Origin: Octopus vulgaris
Taxonomy: Eukaryota
Length of the DNA: 64,000 bases
Direction of reading: 5' to 3'
NCBI GenBank assembly: GCA_951406725.2
Contig: OX597820.1
Coordinates: forward strand, 115,444,001-115,508,000
Below the pieces are notes generated by a model that was given only the letters and a program-made list of their open reading frames with translations, was not told the origin of the DNA and made no database searches. Made by a program: the position numbers and the translations under genes. Position 1 is the stretch's first letter, and every line of letters starts with the position of its first letter. Positions 26,640-41,979 of the stretch are shown here, piece by piece.

Positions 26640-26876
26640 TATGCGTGCGTGTGTGCGTGTGTGCGTGTGTATTTGGGTGTCCGTGTTTGTCCCCCACCAT
26701 CGCTTGACACCGATGTTGGTGTGTTTAGGTTTCCGTCAATGTTCGGCGAAAGAGACCCGATAGAATAAATACTATGCTTACAAAGAATAAATCCTGGGGT
26801 AGATTTGCTCGACTAAAGGCGGTGCTCCAGCATGGCCGCAGTCAAATGACTGAAATAAGTAAAAGAATAAAAGAAT
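26640..26876 (+). mobile_element. SINE family A 3' half (5' fragment at 25588-25638)
   Basis: Family A sequence resumes after the nested insertions. Confidence 0.75.
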
Positions 26877-27320
26877 ATATTGTTTTCATTAAATTCCAGC
26901 CCTGGAATACACACACGCACACATACTCACACACACAAAACTTCACCAGTTTTGTTTTTGTTTGTTGATTGTCACACTGTAGGTATACCATTCATGCGCA
27001 TACATCTTTCTCGAGTCTAGAATCTCGTTAGGTCGGAGCTTGTCTCGGTGTCTGTGGCTTTTAAGCGACTGGGAGTGCAAAACAATCTCCTCAATTTGAC
27101 GCCATCCAAAATCGGTTTTTAACATAGGCACAAGGCTTCCAGTTTCATGGATGAATTTAATTGATTGAAACGGCTGAGTATCCATCTGATACCCTATTTG
27201 ATGCGTAAAAGAATTACGGGTATATTAAACGTACTCCAGTTTCAGTGGCATAGCATATGTGGAAGAAAATTAAATTACGAATTAAAAACAGCTCTGGTTA
27301 TGTAAACATTACTACGGTCG

Positions 27321-27724
27321 TACATACATACACGTACGTGCTTCGCTTATATGCCACATTTGCTGCGGGATAGCGCCCGGGGAAAGCTCCCTCAACCAAC
27401 GCCGAATGTTAAAGAATCTCTGAATGTCACAGACCAGGTGAGATAACTCGCCCCGGAATCAGCAAATGGATTTCTCTATATTTACATATCAGTCACAGAC
27501 CAGCGTTTCCCTTCGTTTGGAGATGATCCGAGAACATGGTATTGATGGGCCATAATAATGGCGAAATATCGATATGTATCATTCTTAGTGATTCCAGGCG
27601 ATTTGTCTTACTGGTCTGTGACATTCAGAGGTTCTTTAACATTCGGTGTTACTTGGGGAGCTTTCCTGGGCGCTATCACGCAGCAAATCAGGCATATAAA
27701 CAAAACATGTATACTATGTATGTG
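27321..27724. mobile_element. Fold-back element, ~140-bp arms, decayed hammerhead in loop (27536-27582)
   Basis: Arms 27321-27461 and 27589-27724; loop atggta TTGATGG gccat aata atggc GAAA tatcgata TG tatcat. Confidence 0.75.
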
Positions 27725-28084
27725 CAACCAATAATGTTTACATTTTTTCGGTAAGAAAACGCGTCTTTTATGCTACCAAATACAGGACATATTTTATCGA
27801 ACTCAAAAAGGAAAGTCGATTTCGATGGGATTTGAACTCAGAAATGGAATATCGCAGGACAAGAGCTGTTCGATGTTCTAGTTCAATCATGAGTCAAGTG
27901 CAGCCTAGAGGACTTGCTGAATGGCCTGCCTGTAAAACGAAAAATCACTTTGAACTTTTTAGTAGTGCGGCCTGCCTGTTGATGATCCATGTCTTATCCG
28001 GCCCTCTTCTCGTAAAAGATTGCCCATGCTTGATTTGGATGTTGCCAAAACACAATCCTTCATCGTTTATTTATTGTATAGTAT

Positions 28085-28560
28085 AGGTTTCAAATTTAGC
28101 ACAAGGCCAGCAGTTTCGAGAGAAAGGATAATTTGGTTTCAAATTTTGATGCAAGGCCTGCAAGTTTGGGACAGGGGGAAAGTCGATTAGATCGATACCG
28201 GTGCTCAACTGGTACTTATTTTATCGACCCCGAAAGGTTGAAAAGAAAAGACAAACTCGGCGGCATTTGAAATCAAAACATAAAGACGGACGATTCTGCT
28301 AATTTGCCACCTTGCCTTAACATTATGCTATGAATATAGGCGGCGAACCGGCAGAATACTTAGCACACCGGACAAAATGGTTATCGGCATTTCGTCCGGC
28401 GTTATGTTCTGATTTCAAATGCTGCCGGGATCGTCTTTACCCTTTCATCCTTTCTGTGTCGATAAAATAAGTACCTGTTGAGCACTTGGGGCGATCTAAT
28501 TGATTTTCCCTCTGTCTCAAGCTTGTTGGCCTTGTATGAAAATTGAAAAGCAATATTAAG
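28085..28560. mobile_element. Two older SINE family B copies in inverted orientation
   Basis: Minus copy about 28135-28312; plus copy about 28338-28560. Confidence 0.65.
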
Positions 28561-28642
28561 TCTAGGCAGGAGGAACAATGTATCAGTGTTAGAGTTAACT
28601 ACAGCCACCACTAAAAAATATGCAATGTTTGTATCAGATGTA

Positions 28643-29160
28643 GGCGGTGAGCTGGCAGAATAGTTAGCACGCCGGGCGAAATGCGTAGCCATATTTCGTC
28701 TGTCGTTACGTTCTGAGTTCAAATTCCGCTGAGGTCGACTTTGCCTTTCATCCTTTCGAGGTCGATTAAATTAAGTACCAGTTACGCACTGGGGTCGAAG
28801 TAATCGACTTAATACCTTTGTCTGTCCTTGTTTGTCCCCTCTATGTCTAGCCCCTTGTGGGTAGTAAAGAAATAGGTATTTCGTCTGCCGCTCCATTCTG
28901 AGTTCGAATTTCGCCGAGGTCGACTTTGCCTTTCATCCTTTCGGGGTCGATTAAATAAGTACCAGTTACGCACTGGGGTCGATATAATCGACTTAATCCG
29001 TTTGTCTCCTCTGTGTGTAGCCCCTTGTAAAGAAATAGGTATTTCGTCTTTCAAATTCCGCCGAGGTCGACTTTGCCTTTCATCCTTCAGGATCGATAAA
29101 TTAAGTACCAGACTGGCCCCCTACCCCAAAATTTCGGGCCTTGTGCCTCGAGTAGAAAAG
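28643..29160 (+). mobile_element. SINE family B with internal ~185-bp tandem modules
   Basis: Head GGCGGTGAGCTGGCAGAATAGTTAG, B-box-like GAGTTCAAATTCC, repeated GTCGACTTTGCCTTTCATCC, tail CCTTGTGCCTCGAGTAGAAAAG. Confidence 0.8.
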
Positions 29161-30099
29161 TATATTTATATCACACCTTTTTAGAGAGAACCAATACTTT
29201 GTTTTTACAAACAACACATTTTTACAAGAAAAGAAAGAAAAAATCATTAAAAGTATAAAACAACAAATTATCAAAAAGGACCCCATAACTACCTCACCAA
29301 GGAAACAAAGAAAAAGAAAAACAGAGGGGATTAAACAGCAGAAGGTTGCAGGGAGGGGATAACGAGTTGTACACCCCAGAACAAATGGCGTGTTTAGTCG
29401 CCCCTCGTGGACATAATAGTAAAAGTGTTTCGCTGCAGCAGTCACACTACCTCTCGGGGCTCATTTTTCAGACGGGCCGCAGTTATCCCAATTTTGCGGA
29501 GAAAATCGGCAGTGGTGGTAGTGGTGGGGATGTCCGAGAACTCCGGAGGTTTCAACGGTGATCGGCACAAACTGATAGAGGACGGTCAAGGCTCCTATAT
29601 TTGTTTATTTTTTTCTCCTCTACGTTTGTATCAGATTTGTTAAAATATCAATCAAAACTCAGGTTTTTTTCTCTCTTCTCTTCTGATTTTCTTTCATTTG
29701 ATTAAATCATTGGACTACGGCCATGCTGGGGCATCGTCTTGAAGGATTTATTCGAACAGAATGACCCTAGTGCTTTCCTTTTCCTAAATTTGATACTCAT
29801 TCTATCAGGGTCTTTTTGCCGAACCGGTGGTTACTTGGACATAAACAAACCAATACCGTTTGTCAAGTGATGGTGGCCAAAACACACAGACACACGCACG
29901 CACATATATGATGGGATTCAACACAGTTTCCATTTGCTAAATTCACTCACAAGACATTGGTTGGCCCTGGGCTATAGTAGAAGACACACTCAAAGTGCTA
30001 TGCAGTGGGATTGAACCCGTAGCCAAGTGGTTATAAACCGAGCTTCTTAACCACACGTGCTAATATGCATTCATAATTTTAGAATCGAAGCTGCTTTAA

Positions 30100-30629
30100 C
30101 CCATTAACTGCCAAAGTTTTTTATTCATATCCTTCGTCTTTGCCAGGTGTCTTAGGAGTTAAAATAATATATAGTATTTAAATTTTCTGCATGTGTGAAT
30201 TATTTCGGAAATTATGAATTTTTCGGAAATTATGAATTTTTCGGAAATGGGGATCGCTGAAAAATAGCATATTTGTCCTTTTCTATTCAATTGCAATAAT
30301 AAACATTTTAGGTTTTTTTTTTTTTGAAACTATAGTTTCCAATGCGAATGTGTATGAAATATCAATGAATGATATCGATGGGAAATGCAAAAAAAAAAAA
30401 TGTTTTCAAAACAGTCAATATTTTTGTAGTTCAAAAATTGCGATTTATGACATAAAATGTCCTCTAGAATTAGCCAGAGCTAATAATGACAAACTTTAAC
30501 AACTAAATATTGTTAAACACACCTCTGCAAATGCAATGGGCATAAGCAATTCATTTTAAATACAACGAACAATCGGCAGTGAGACTGTTTTTAGTAGATC
30601 CCCAAATGGGGCTCATGGCAGGCGATGGG
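30100..30629. mobile_element. piggyBac-type MITE
   Basis: TTAA|CCCATTAACTGCCA ... TGGCAGGCGATGGG|TTAA. Confidence 0.65.
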
Positions 30630-30704
30630 TTAATCAGTTGAGTGTCAACTTACCGAGCGAAACATTCTGCTGTTTATATTGTGTACAGATGTTGTACAAT
30701 ATCT

Positions 30705-30897
30705 CTTTTTACTCTTTTCTCTTTTACTTGTTTCAGTCATTTGACTGCGGCCATGCTGGAGCACCGCCTTTAGTCGATCAAATCGACCCCGGGACTTATT
30801 CTATCGGTCTCTTTTGCCGAACCGCTAAGTAACGAGGACGTAAACACACCAGCATCGATTGTCAAGCAATGCTAGGGGGACAAATACAGACGCACAA

Positions 30898-30928
<31 letters not shown>

Positions 30929-31490
30929 CATTTATATGAAAGGCTTCTTTCAGTTTCCGTCTACCAAATCCACTCACAAGGCTTCGGTCGGCCCGGGGCT
31001 ATAGTAGAAGACACTTGCCCAAGATGCCACGCAGTGGGACTGAACCCGGAACCATGTGGTTGGTAAGCAAGCTACTTACCACACAGCCACTCCTGCGCCT
31101 CTGAGTCAAGTTTATTTAATTCATAACTGGCGAACAAATAAACAAAAATAGATGAATTGCTGTGCGGTTCAGTCCCACAACGTGGAACCTTGGGCACGTG
31201 TCTTCTACTACATCCTCGAATCGACCAATGTCTTGTGAGTGGATTTGGTAGAGAGAAACTAAAAGAAGCCCGTCGCATATATGTATATATCTATGTATGT
31301 GTGTCTATTTGTCCCCCATCACCGCTCGACAAATGGTGTTGGTGTGTTTACGCCCTCATAATCTTGCGGTTCGGCAAAACAGAAATAGAACAATTATCAG
31401 GCTTTAGATTTGTTCGACTAAAGCCCTTCAAGGTGGTGTCCCAGCTTGGCCGCAGTCAAAAATGACTGAAGCAAGTAAAAGAGAAAAGAT
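30705..31490. mobile_element. Two SINE family A copies in inverted orientation
   Basis: Minus copy 30705-31098; diverged plus copy about 31160-31490. Confidence 0.8.
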
Positions 31491-32410
31491 AAAATAAATA
31501 AATAATGTTCCAATGAGCCTCTATATCAACGGTTGTCAACAGCGGCTCCCAGGGCCGCACGCGATCCTCAAGCAATCTTTCGGCGGCCCTGACGGTCTTC
31601 TCTCTACAAATATTTTTCTTTCATTGACTTGTCTTCTACTGTTTTGGCGGTGGCTTCCTAGAAAAAAACTCCAGGTTTTCGATTTGACCCAGGTATTAAA
31701 ATGGTTCAGAACCGTCGCTGGACCTGCTGGAAATAACAGCTAAATTTCTCTCTCATATTGCACCATGCCATCTCCTTTTTAAATTTGGTAAAATGCATGC
31801 AATTTGAGGGGATGGGGCAGTCGATTACTTTGATCCTAGTGCTTGACTGGTACAGATGAATTCACGGACGTTCGTACATATACACCTACCGCGTGGTTTC
31901 TTAATAAAAGATCTGTTTGCAATCTCATAATTCTAGGTTCGATCCCATAGCACAGCAACTGGGGTAGGCAAGCATTTTGTTATTATTATAGACTGAGATG
32001 ACTAATATTTTGCGAGCGGAGTTTGAAAGACTGAAAGTGTGTGTATGATGGTTGAAGCATTCATTCCTTCACTTTACTGAGGACCTTCAAGGTCCTATTG
32101 CATCTTCTCTCGTGCCAGCTGGTGTGATGCCATTTAGAGCGATGATAAGCCGAATTAATTTGGCACTTGCTTTGAGAACTTTCCAAAATCACCACTGATT
32201 TTTGCCGGCTCCCGAAACAGATTTTCTCCTGTGAACGAAAGCACATAATTTAACTAGACAGACACTTTATTTTCTCACTTTGAGAGGATTAAAGAAAAGT
32301 TGACTTCGGCGGGATTCGAACCCAGAACGTAAAAAAACTGGAACTAACGACACAAGGTATTTTATGCGGCACTCTAACATTTCTATCAATTCATCTTTGT
32401 TCGTAAGCAC

Positions 32411-32417
32411 GTATGTA

Positions 32418-32453
<36 letters not shown>

Positions 32454-33205
32454 TGTATGTATGTACGTATGTATGTATGTATGATGTATTTATGTATGTA
32501 TGTATGTACGTACGTATGTATGTATGTACGTATGTATGTATGTATGTATGTATGTATGTATGTATGTGTATGTATGTTTGCATGTATTATGTATGTATGT
32601 ATGTACGATGTATGTATGTATGTATGTATGTATGTATGTATGTACGTACGTACGTATGTATGTATGTACGTATGTATGCATGTATGTATGCATGTATGTA
32701 TGTATGTATGTATGTATGTATGTATGTACGTATGTACGTACGTACGTACGTATGTATGTTTGTATGTATGTATGTATGTATGTATGTATGTATGTACGTA
32801 CGTACGTATGTATGTATGTATGTATGTATGTATGTATGTACGTACGTATGTATGTATGTATGTATGTATGTATGTATGTATGTATGTATGTATGTACGTA
32901 CGTACGTATGTTTGTATGTATGTATGTATGTATGTATGTATGTACGTACGTACGTATGTATGTATGTATGTATGTATGTATGTACGTACGTACGTATGTA
33001 TGTATGTATGTATGTATGTATGTATGTACGTACGTACGTATGTATGTATGTACGTATGTATGCATGTATGTATGTATGTATGTACGTATGTACGTACGTA
33101 CGTATGTATGTATGTATGTATGTATGTATGTACGTACGTACGTATGTATGTATGTATGTATGTATGTATGTATGTATGTATGTATGTATGTATGTATGTA
33201 TGTAC
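32411..33205. repeat. ~800-bp (TATG)n microsatellite with TACG/TGCA variants
   Basis: Directly visible; explains the 190-330 aa YVCM/HTYI ORFs. Confidence 0.97.
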
Positions 33206-34799
33206 GTGTGTGTGTTTGTGTTTATATACGCACACACCTTCCAGCATACATATAAACATACGTGCATACCTAAATACATTTGCATGCTTGGGCGTGGCCA
33301 GGATTTCAACGAAGGGGTCTCATTAAAATGGATCCACCATTAGCCATCTGATTTTCGTTTGTATGTAGATTAATGTGTGCGTGTGTGTATGTCTCTCTGT
33401 AAGTATGTGTGTATGTATAAATTTGTGTGGGGGTGTGTATGCATATAATTGTGTGTGTGTGTGTGTTTAATCATAGGTCGCTCGTTGGTGTATTCGTCCG
33501 AACTTGTCGACCCCACCCTGGTTACGGGTGTGTGTAAATGTGTTATTGCTTATAGTGTGTGATATTTCTTTATATTCCGTAAATGTAGTAATCCAGCAAA
33601 TAAAGACGAGAATATACGTCACCAGTGTGAAATAAGTAGTGATATGATCCACTAAATACCTATGAGGACAGTGCCCCAGTATGGCCGCAGTCCAATGACA
33701 CGCGAACCGGCAAAGGAATACATTATCCACAGATAGTATCCTACACTAAACACACACGGATGAGTCTCTCTCCCCGGTTAATCAAGTATTTAACGGCTGT
33801 ATTCCCTGACACCAACTGAACACACACTCAAAGCAGATACCACGCAGCAAAACAATTAATTGTTTGATATGAGTAAAAACATGAAGGAAATATTAAACAC
33901 GCTCTCACGGATACAGAGAAAATATTAGGAAAGACTGTCAGAAAGAAAGCAAGAAAGAACGAAAGGAGAAAAGGGTTTGTTTAAACAAAAAGCCTGTCAC
34001 TTATTTCACGCACATGTACACATGAAGGCAACTTGCACCATCATAAATACAGATGCACTTCTTGATATGAGAATAATAATAAAGATAAATATAATTTTCA
34101 GTATGCAATGTGGTAGAGTAATTAAAATGTACATCAGTAAAAAGAAAATACAAAGAAAAACATCCACTCAGGTTTAATAACAAGATTGAAACACTTTTGA
34201 GAGTGATATATTAATGACAAAATGAGATAAAGTGAGTGAGTGAGTGAGAGAGAAAAAGATTGAGAGAGGAGGGGGTGAGAGTGGACAGTAGAAGAGTGGA
34301 AGAGAACATAAATATATTAGTTCAAAGAGAGTAAGTGAAAGGATGAAAGTGAAGAGGAAAGTATACGAATGTGGGTGTGTGATTACTAATTAGAGGGAAA
34401 GTAAATGAGTGGCAGTTGGAAAGTACTAATGAGCATGACAATTAGATAGGCAGAAAGTATGAGAGTAAGCTTGATAGAGAGACAGTTGGACGTGAGTGAG
34501 GATTTAAATGACAGAGGTAGATACTGTATGAGGGAGTGACGGAGTGTTTACTTCCTTAAGTGACAGAGTGCGAGTGAGAGAGTGAGTAAGAGCTTCAGTG
34601 ATAGAGAGGGTGATAGTGAGTGAATGGAAGATTGCTAAATAGAAAGTGGGGGGTGAGGGAGACTGTATGTATGAGTGAGTGAAAGGTAGCTAGAGAGAGA
34701 CAGAGAGTGAGAGGAGGAAGAGTGTATGTGTATGAGTGAGTGAGCAAGTGAGTGAAAGGTAACTAGATACAGAGAGAGGGGGAGTGTGTGTGTACGAGT

Positions 34800-34927
34800 G
34801 AGTGAGTTGGCAGACGACAATTTGGGAAAGCCAAGCTAACCAAAAGCATAAAATCGAATTGAAAAAAAAATAATTTCAGTAAATGAAGAATATATTTCAT
34901 CAAAGATGGTAGTTTTCTTTATCTGAG
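34800..34927 (+). other. Candidate non-coding first exon of the CRIP-like gene
   Basis: Follows a GA-rich tract and ends in GAG|GTAATT about 1.9 kb upstream of the ATG exon. Confidence 0.25.
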
Positions 34928-36002
34928 GTAATTATCTACTACTTCTATTAAAAAAAAAGACATTTAATGATAGTAAACAGCTTCCAAAAGACGAAAGACG
35001 AAAGACATAACGTGATTTATTTTAAAGAAACAGTAGCAGGAAACATTGTGTCGTGTTCCAAGGTAGCCGAGTGGCTGCTAAAATGAACAAAAAACATCAC
35101 AAAACCTTTGCACTTTTTATTTATATACTCATTATTAATACTATTTATTATTACTGCTGTAATATTTATTCTGTAGCTGTAGATATATATCAATACCTGC
35201 ATCAGCTCAATGCAACAACTTCTACCAACTTGTACCATTACCTTTATTGATTCTGATAATTATTGTTGTGTGTGTGTGTGTGTGTGTGTGTGATGCAGAA
35301 GCCGGTTATTATAATCTCAGATACCTTTATTGTTTCTGATATAATTATTGCTGTGTGCGTGAGTATATATGTGTGTGTTAGTCTGTGCTTTTGTGTATTA
35401 TGTTTGCGTGTGTGTCTGTGTGTGAATTATACGGTCATAATCTCGGATAATGTTATCAACCTGATATTGTTATCTTAATTAGTGTCAGAAACTATTCGCT
35501 CAATGTTATCACCAGCCCCTTATTTATGGGCTGGTGATAACAGTAATACAGAGGAACCTGAATATAATTTCGGATAATGGTATCAACCGGATATTGTTAT
35601 CGAAATTAGCGGGGTCAGAAACTATTCACTTAATGTTATCGGCAGCTGGATATTGCTATCGAAAAGTCTTCGTTCCAAAGTGATCACAGAAGCTCACACA
35701 GTATGTATATACATATAAAATGTATGTATGTATGTATGTGTATGCGTATATTATGTTACACACAATGATTGTGGTATGTACACTTCCCTCGCTGGTTCAC
35801 TCGAACGCAAAATATACACATATAAATATATATACATCTACCTATCTGTCACCTGTGTGTGTAGGTGATCGTCAGCATGTCCTTAGCTATAAGGAAACAC
35901 ACTGATAGCCATAATATATACGTGACTTGATCAACGATGAAAGGATACAAAGACATTTTATGCCTGACACCCAGCCAGGTGTTTAGGATTCGATTCAACA
36001 TT

Positions 36003-36033
<31 letters not shown>

Positions 36034-36253
36034 GCTTACCTACACTAACACATACATACATACAACGTACACATGTATATACATTATAGTAAAAATATAT
36101 ATATATATATATATATATCCGCACACACACATACTCATACACACACACACACACATATATGCTACAATGTATATATAATTTTCCTACTTATCCTATTCTC
36201 ATAGTCGTCGTTTCTAGATTTTATTTTGATGTGATTCAATCATGTGTGTGTAG

Positions 36254-37490
<1,237 letters not shown>

Positions 37491-38133
37491 TATTTTTTCC
37501 AATAACCTTTATGTCTTCATTAATTGTTTTATTTCCATGGATACTCTTCTTATCCGATATTTATATAAAGGTGTTGGAATCACTTTACTTCTTTATTTAA
37601 CACGTTTGGGGGTGGTGGAAAAGCATGAACACCACAAGTTCTCCGTTTGCTCTCCTATAAATTATTAAATCTTATGTTCCATACTCATGCCAAAAAGAAA
37701 ATCAATACGATGTGTATGTGTGTATATATGAATTATGTAAGTGCATGTGTCTGGCTGGTGCATGTATATGCATGTATATCTTAGCGAATGAATGAATGAA
37801 TGCGTGTGTGTGTGTGTCTTAGTGAATGTGTGAGGAAGTATGCGTGTGTGTTTATTAACGCATCTGTACATGTAAATTATAGTGAATGAGCGGGGTAGTG
37901 TGTGTTTGTGTGTGTATTTATGCATGTATATCTTCGTGTAATGTGTGTGTGTGTGTGTGTGTGAGTGTGTGTATATTCGTATGTTTCTGGATATACGAGA
38001 GAAAAATTTAGTGTTTTTCGTAATAAACATGCTTTTAATTGTGTATCAGTTTTCGTTGACCACAGAATGCTGCATTCTATCACCATAGCTTATGGATTAT
38101 GTCAACACACACACACGCACACACACGCACGCA

Positions 38134-38192
<59 letters not shown>

Positions 38193-38574
38193 TCCGGTTA
38201 CTTTCAACCACATTCTTTCCTCAATCGACATAGATTAGAATTTACGCTTTTTTTTTTCCAATCGGAGAAGTGTTTTCCATAAACTTTAAATCCACTACAT
38301 TATAACTAATATTTAAATTATTTTAATGGATTATCGCATAAAAAAATTTGATCTTTGAAGTGGATTTAAAAAAAAAAAATTTAGAAGTTGGATGTAGATA
38401 TTTGAGGTTATTTAGGTTGTGGAAATGGATTTGATACATCTTGGACAGTTATGGCATTAAAAAATTAAGTAAATTAAATAACTTTGGTCAACATTTAGAT
38501 TTCCACTTAAGTGTTTGGTAAGGTTTAATTATCCATAAAAGAATTGAAACTACGTGCGCGCGGGCGCGCATAGT

Positions 38575-38611
<37 letters not shown>

Positions 38612-39414
38612 GTGTGTGTGCGTGTGTGTTTAAGCTCTGTTATAGATGACAGGAAAATCATTTTAATTATTTGCTCAAGACCTGGAGATCTGTAAAGAGA
38701 TATAGGTATAAATCGATTCAACTCCTTACTATCACGCAACCTGCTAGAAATAGCAGCCGAATATCCACCCCCCTCGCCTCGCACGCTACTGTCTTGAAAA
38801 GAGGACAGTTGGGAATACACAATGGTAGGGAATGTGAAGAATGAAAGAAGGATGAAAACAGAAAAAGGATGCGATGCACATTGTCTGGGAAGCAAATGGT
38901 CATGGAATTGTTCCCCAACCAAGGCGAATCTGGATCTACACAATCTGGATCCTATTCCCTTAAATCTCGACTGAGCTACTTCTAGATTTATTCTATCGAC
39001 ATAACTACTCAAGTGTAACCCTTGACTTTGTTTCCTCATAACTTTCTGATAAATGGATATTTTTAGATGAAATTTTCTACAAATACGTTTCAGATGGTGT
39101 ACATTATGATTATATCGGAATTTGCTTTTTAAAAATTTTTATTGTGTGTGTGTATGGGGGGGGGGGGGTCGGTTATTTCACACAGCTCGTCTTTGTTTCC
39201 TCATACGTTTTGGTGATGTAGATTACAATTATATTAAAAAATACTTTTGAATGCCACCATTTGTTTTCTGGAATTTCTAAACGAATATTTTTTTTTAAAT
39301 GAAATTTTCCAGAGATACCGGCATAATTCTCCCCCCCCTCCCTCCCCAATTATCTGAGGTGAATTTGCTGGTTTGGTATGCTTATAGGCTTTGACATTTT
39401 CATTTAAAAAATTA

Positions 39415-39811
39415 CTAGCAGTATCGCCCGGCGTTGCTCGGATTTGTAAGGGAAATAACTATATAAGCATTTTTAGAGTTATAGCCAAAAAATAGCAAAA
39501 AATGCATTAAAAATGGGAAAAAAATGATGGTAAATTTTTTTTTAAATCGTTGACTCATCGTAGACATTTTTAGAGAGTTACTTCCCTTATATAATAGCGA
39601 AAAAATGCATTAAAATGGAAAAAAATGATGGTAAATTATTTTTTAAAATCGTAGACTCATCGTAGACGCGCGCTAATACCCAGAAGGGATCGATATGAAT
39701 CACAACTATAAGATACCCGGTTTTGGTTAAACTGCACTCAAATGTGGGAGTAGTTAGGAATCTAAATCGTAGGAGACAGACAGCACACAACCTCACTTTT
39801 ATATATAAAGA
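39415..39811 (-). mobile_element. Non-autonomous Helitron (same family as 15882-16279)
   Basis: Reverse copy with A|TC and CTAG|T termini and subterminal hairpin. Confidence 0.85.
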
Positions 39812-40404
39812 TATCCATTTTTCAGAAAGGGGAACAGCTGTGTAGTTGTGCTGAGCAAAATAAAAATTCAATACCGGTATTTTCCCCAAACACTCACCTG
39901 TCTTTGCTATTTTAATAAAGATTTCTTAAATAGTTGCAAGACGAGAAATGTGTTTGTGGGTGGGGTGTGTGTGTGGCGGGGGGGGGGGAATAAATTGATT
40001 AAATCCACTCTAGTACTTGACTTTGTATTTTATTTTATCGACCTTCTCCCCTTGAAGTTGATCTCGATAGGATTCGAACTCAGAACGTAAAGAGCCGGAA
40101 CAAATACCGCAAGGTATTTCTTCTGATGCCCTTTCGATTCTGTCAACCTACCTCTCTTTTTACTGTCTGTAGGTAATCTTTCGGTATTGGTACACGACGT
40201 CATTCACCCACACATTCTAGGCTGAAAGAGGGGGTGAATGACGTCGTCTCCTCAAACCGACAATCTGCAGACCAATATCGAAGGAACGCCTATCTTTGAT
40301 TCTAACAAATTCTGATATCACAACTTCATAAATTCCATTGTGGTGGTGTTCAATAGTTGATGTCATTGATTCTGCTTCTTAACCGGTAACTTAGTATATA
40401 GATA

Positions 40405-40850
40405 CCTATTTCTTTACTAACCACAAGGGGCTAAACATAGAGGGGACAAACAAGGATAGACAAACGGATGAAGTCGATTACATCGACCCCCCCCCCCCCA
40501 GTGCGTAACTGATACTTAGTTTATCGACCCCGAAAGGATGAAAGGTAAAGTCGACCCGGCGGAATTTGAACTCAGAATTGTATTTTCACTGTCGGTCTGA
40601 TATAAATAATATTAATAATAACTTCATTCTTTATATCAAATAATAATATTTTCTAATTTTAGTATAAGGCCAATAATTTTAGGGAATTGTGGCAAGTCGA
40701 TTACCTTGAATGGTAGTTTATTTTATCGACCCCGAAAAAGGTGAATGGCAAAGTTGACCTCAGCGGTATTTGAACTCAGAACGTTAATGTGTCGGAAGAA
40801 ATGCCGACCAGTATTTTGTGCAACGTGCTAACGACTCTGCCAGCTCGGCA
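40405..40850 (-). mobile_element. SINE family B fragments
   Basis: ATCGACCCCGAAA...TTTGAACTCAGAA modules at about 40520 and 40725. Confidence 0.7.
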
Positions 40851-41592
40851 CTTAAAAAAAAAATGATAATGGCAAGAATTCTTTACAGATTATAAAGTGT
40901 CTAAAATTATATATTCTAAATATAAAGAAATTAGAATTGTAATGTTCTTCACTTTGTCTCAAATATTCAAGATATAAAACAAATAAAACTCATAACAGAA
41001 GTTAAATAACACACATGAAGAATATTGAAAAACAAAACTCAAGCTTATCTTTTACAGAATATAAAGAAACGGTTTAGATAATGGCTTTACTTTCACTTCT
41101 AGAAACAAACAGTTAGAGTGCAGCCCAAGAATTATTGCTGTGTACGTGTGGCTGTTCTTTTGGTTGGCTAATATCTAGATATTTCTACTTATTGTGTAAC
41201 ATTGGTGTATCGTTGAGGAAGATTTGTCGATAAATTCTGCCAGGTCGAGCCGTCACGTCGACGCTGTTAGTTCCAGGTTGTTGTTGTTTAACTACAGGTC
41301 AGCCTTCGTCGAGTACACATAGTAACAAAGGCATTCTAAATGTGATTCACCAGTATGGCGGCCTTCATTTTAAAGTGGTAGTATGTCATCTGAGATTTAG
41401 CTCCTATTTCTAGCTGGTCGGGTGGCATGTAGAAGCTTTCTCGTTGGTTCAATTTGTGTGTGTGTGTGTGTGTTTTACACATCGATCTATCTGTCTGTCC
41501 GTCAACTTATCTCAAATTTATCTTCATTTATCTATTGATCTTAGTGTCCATATATAGAGAGAGCACATTCTTACGTACATACATAAATAAAT

Positions 41593-41665
<73 letters not shown>

Positions 41666-41979
41666 GTCATTAGTTTACCATTTGACATCAATAAATCGTG
41701 AAACTAAATAACCTCCGGTATCAGATAAATGAGTAAAATTATACTTTACACCATGAATTGAGTATTTTTTCTCGTGATCGTAATAAGCAACACGCCCTTA
41801 CACACACGTTTTAGTTTACTCCGCTGTAATGTACTCAATACATGTAGAGCTTATATTTATCAAATATGCAGGAGACCAGAAACATGGTTATTGCCTACAC
41901 TGAAAGACTCTGGTCAAAGTCTACTGTTATCAAAAAGAAGCTAACCGGTCATATTTATCACATTAGACTGTTAATATTC

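Noticed and set aside
32267-33343. Longest ORFs (190-330 aa)
   Set aside because: Translations of a stop-free (TATG)n microsatellite in all frames
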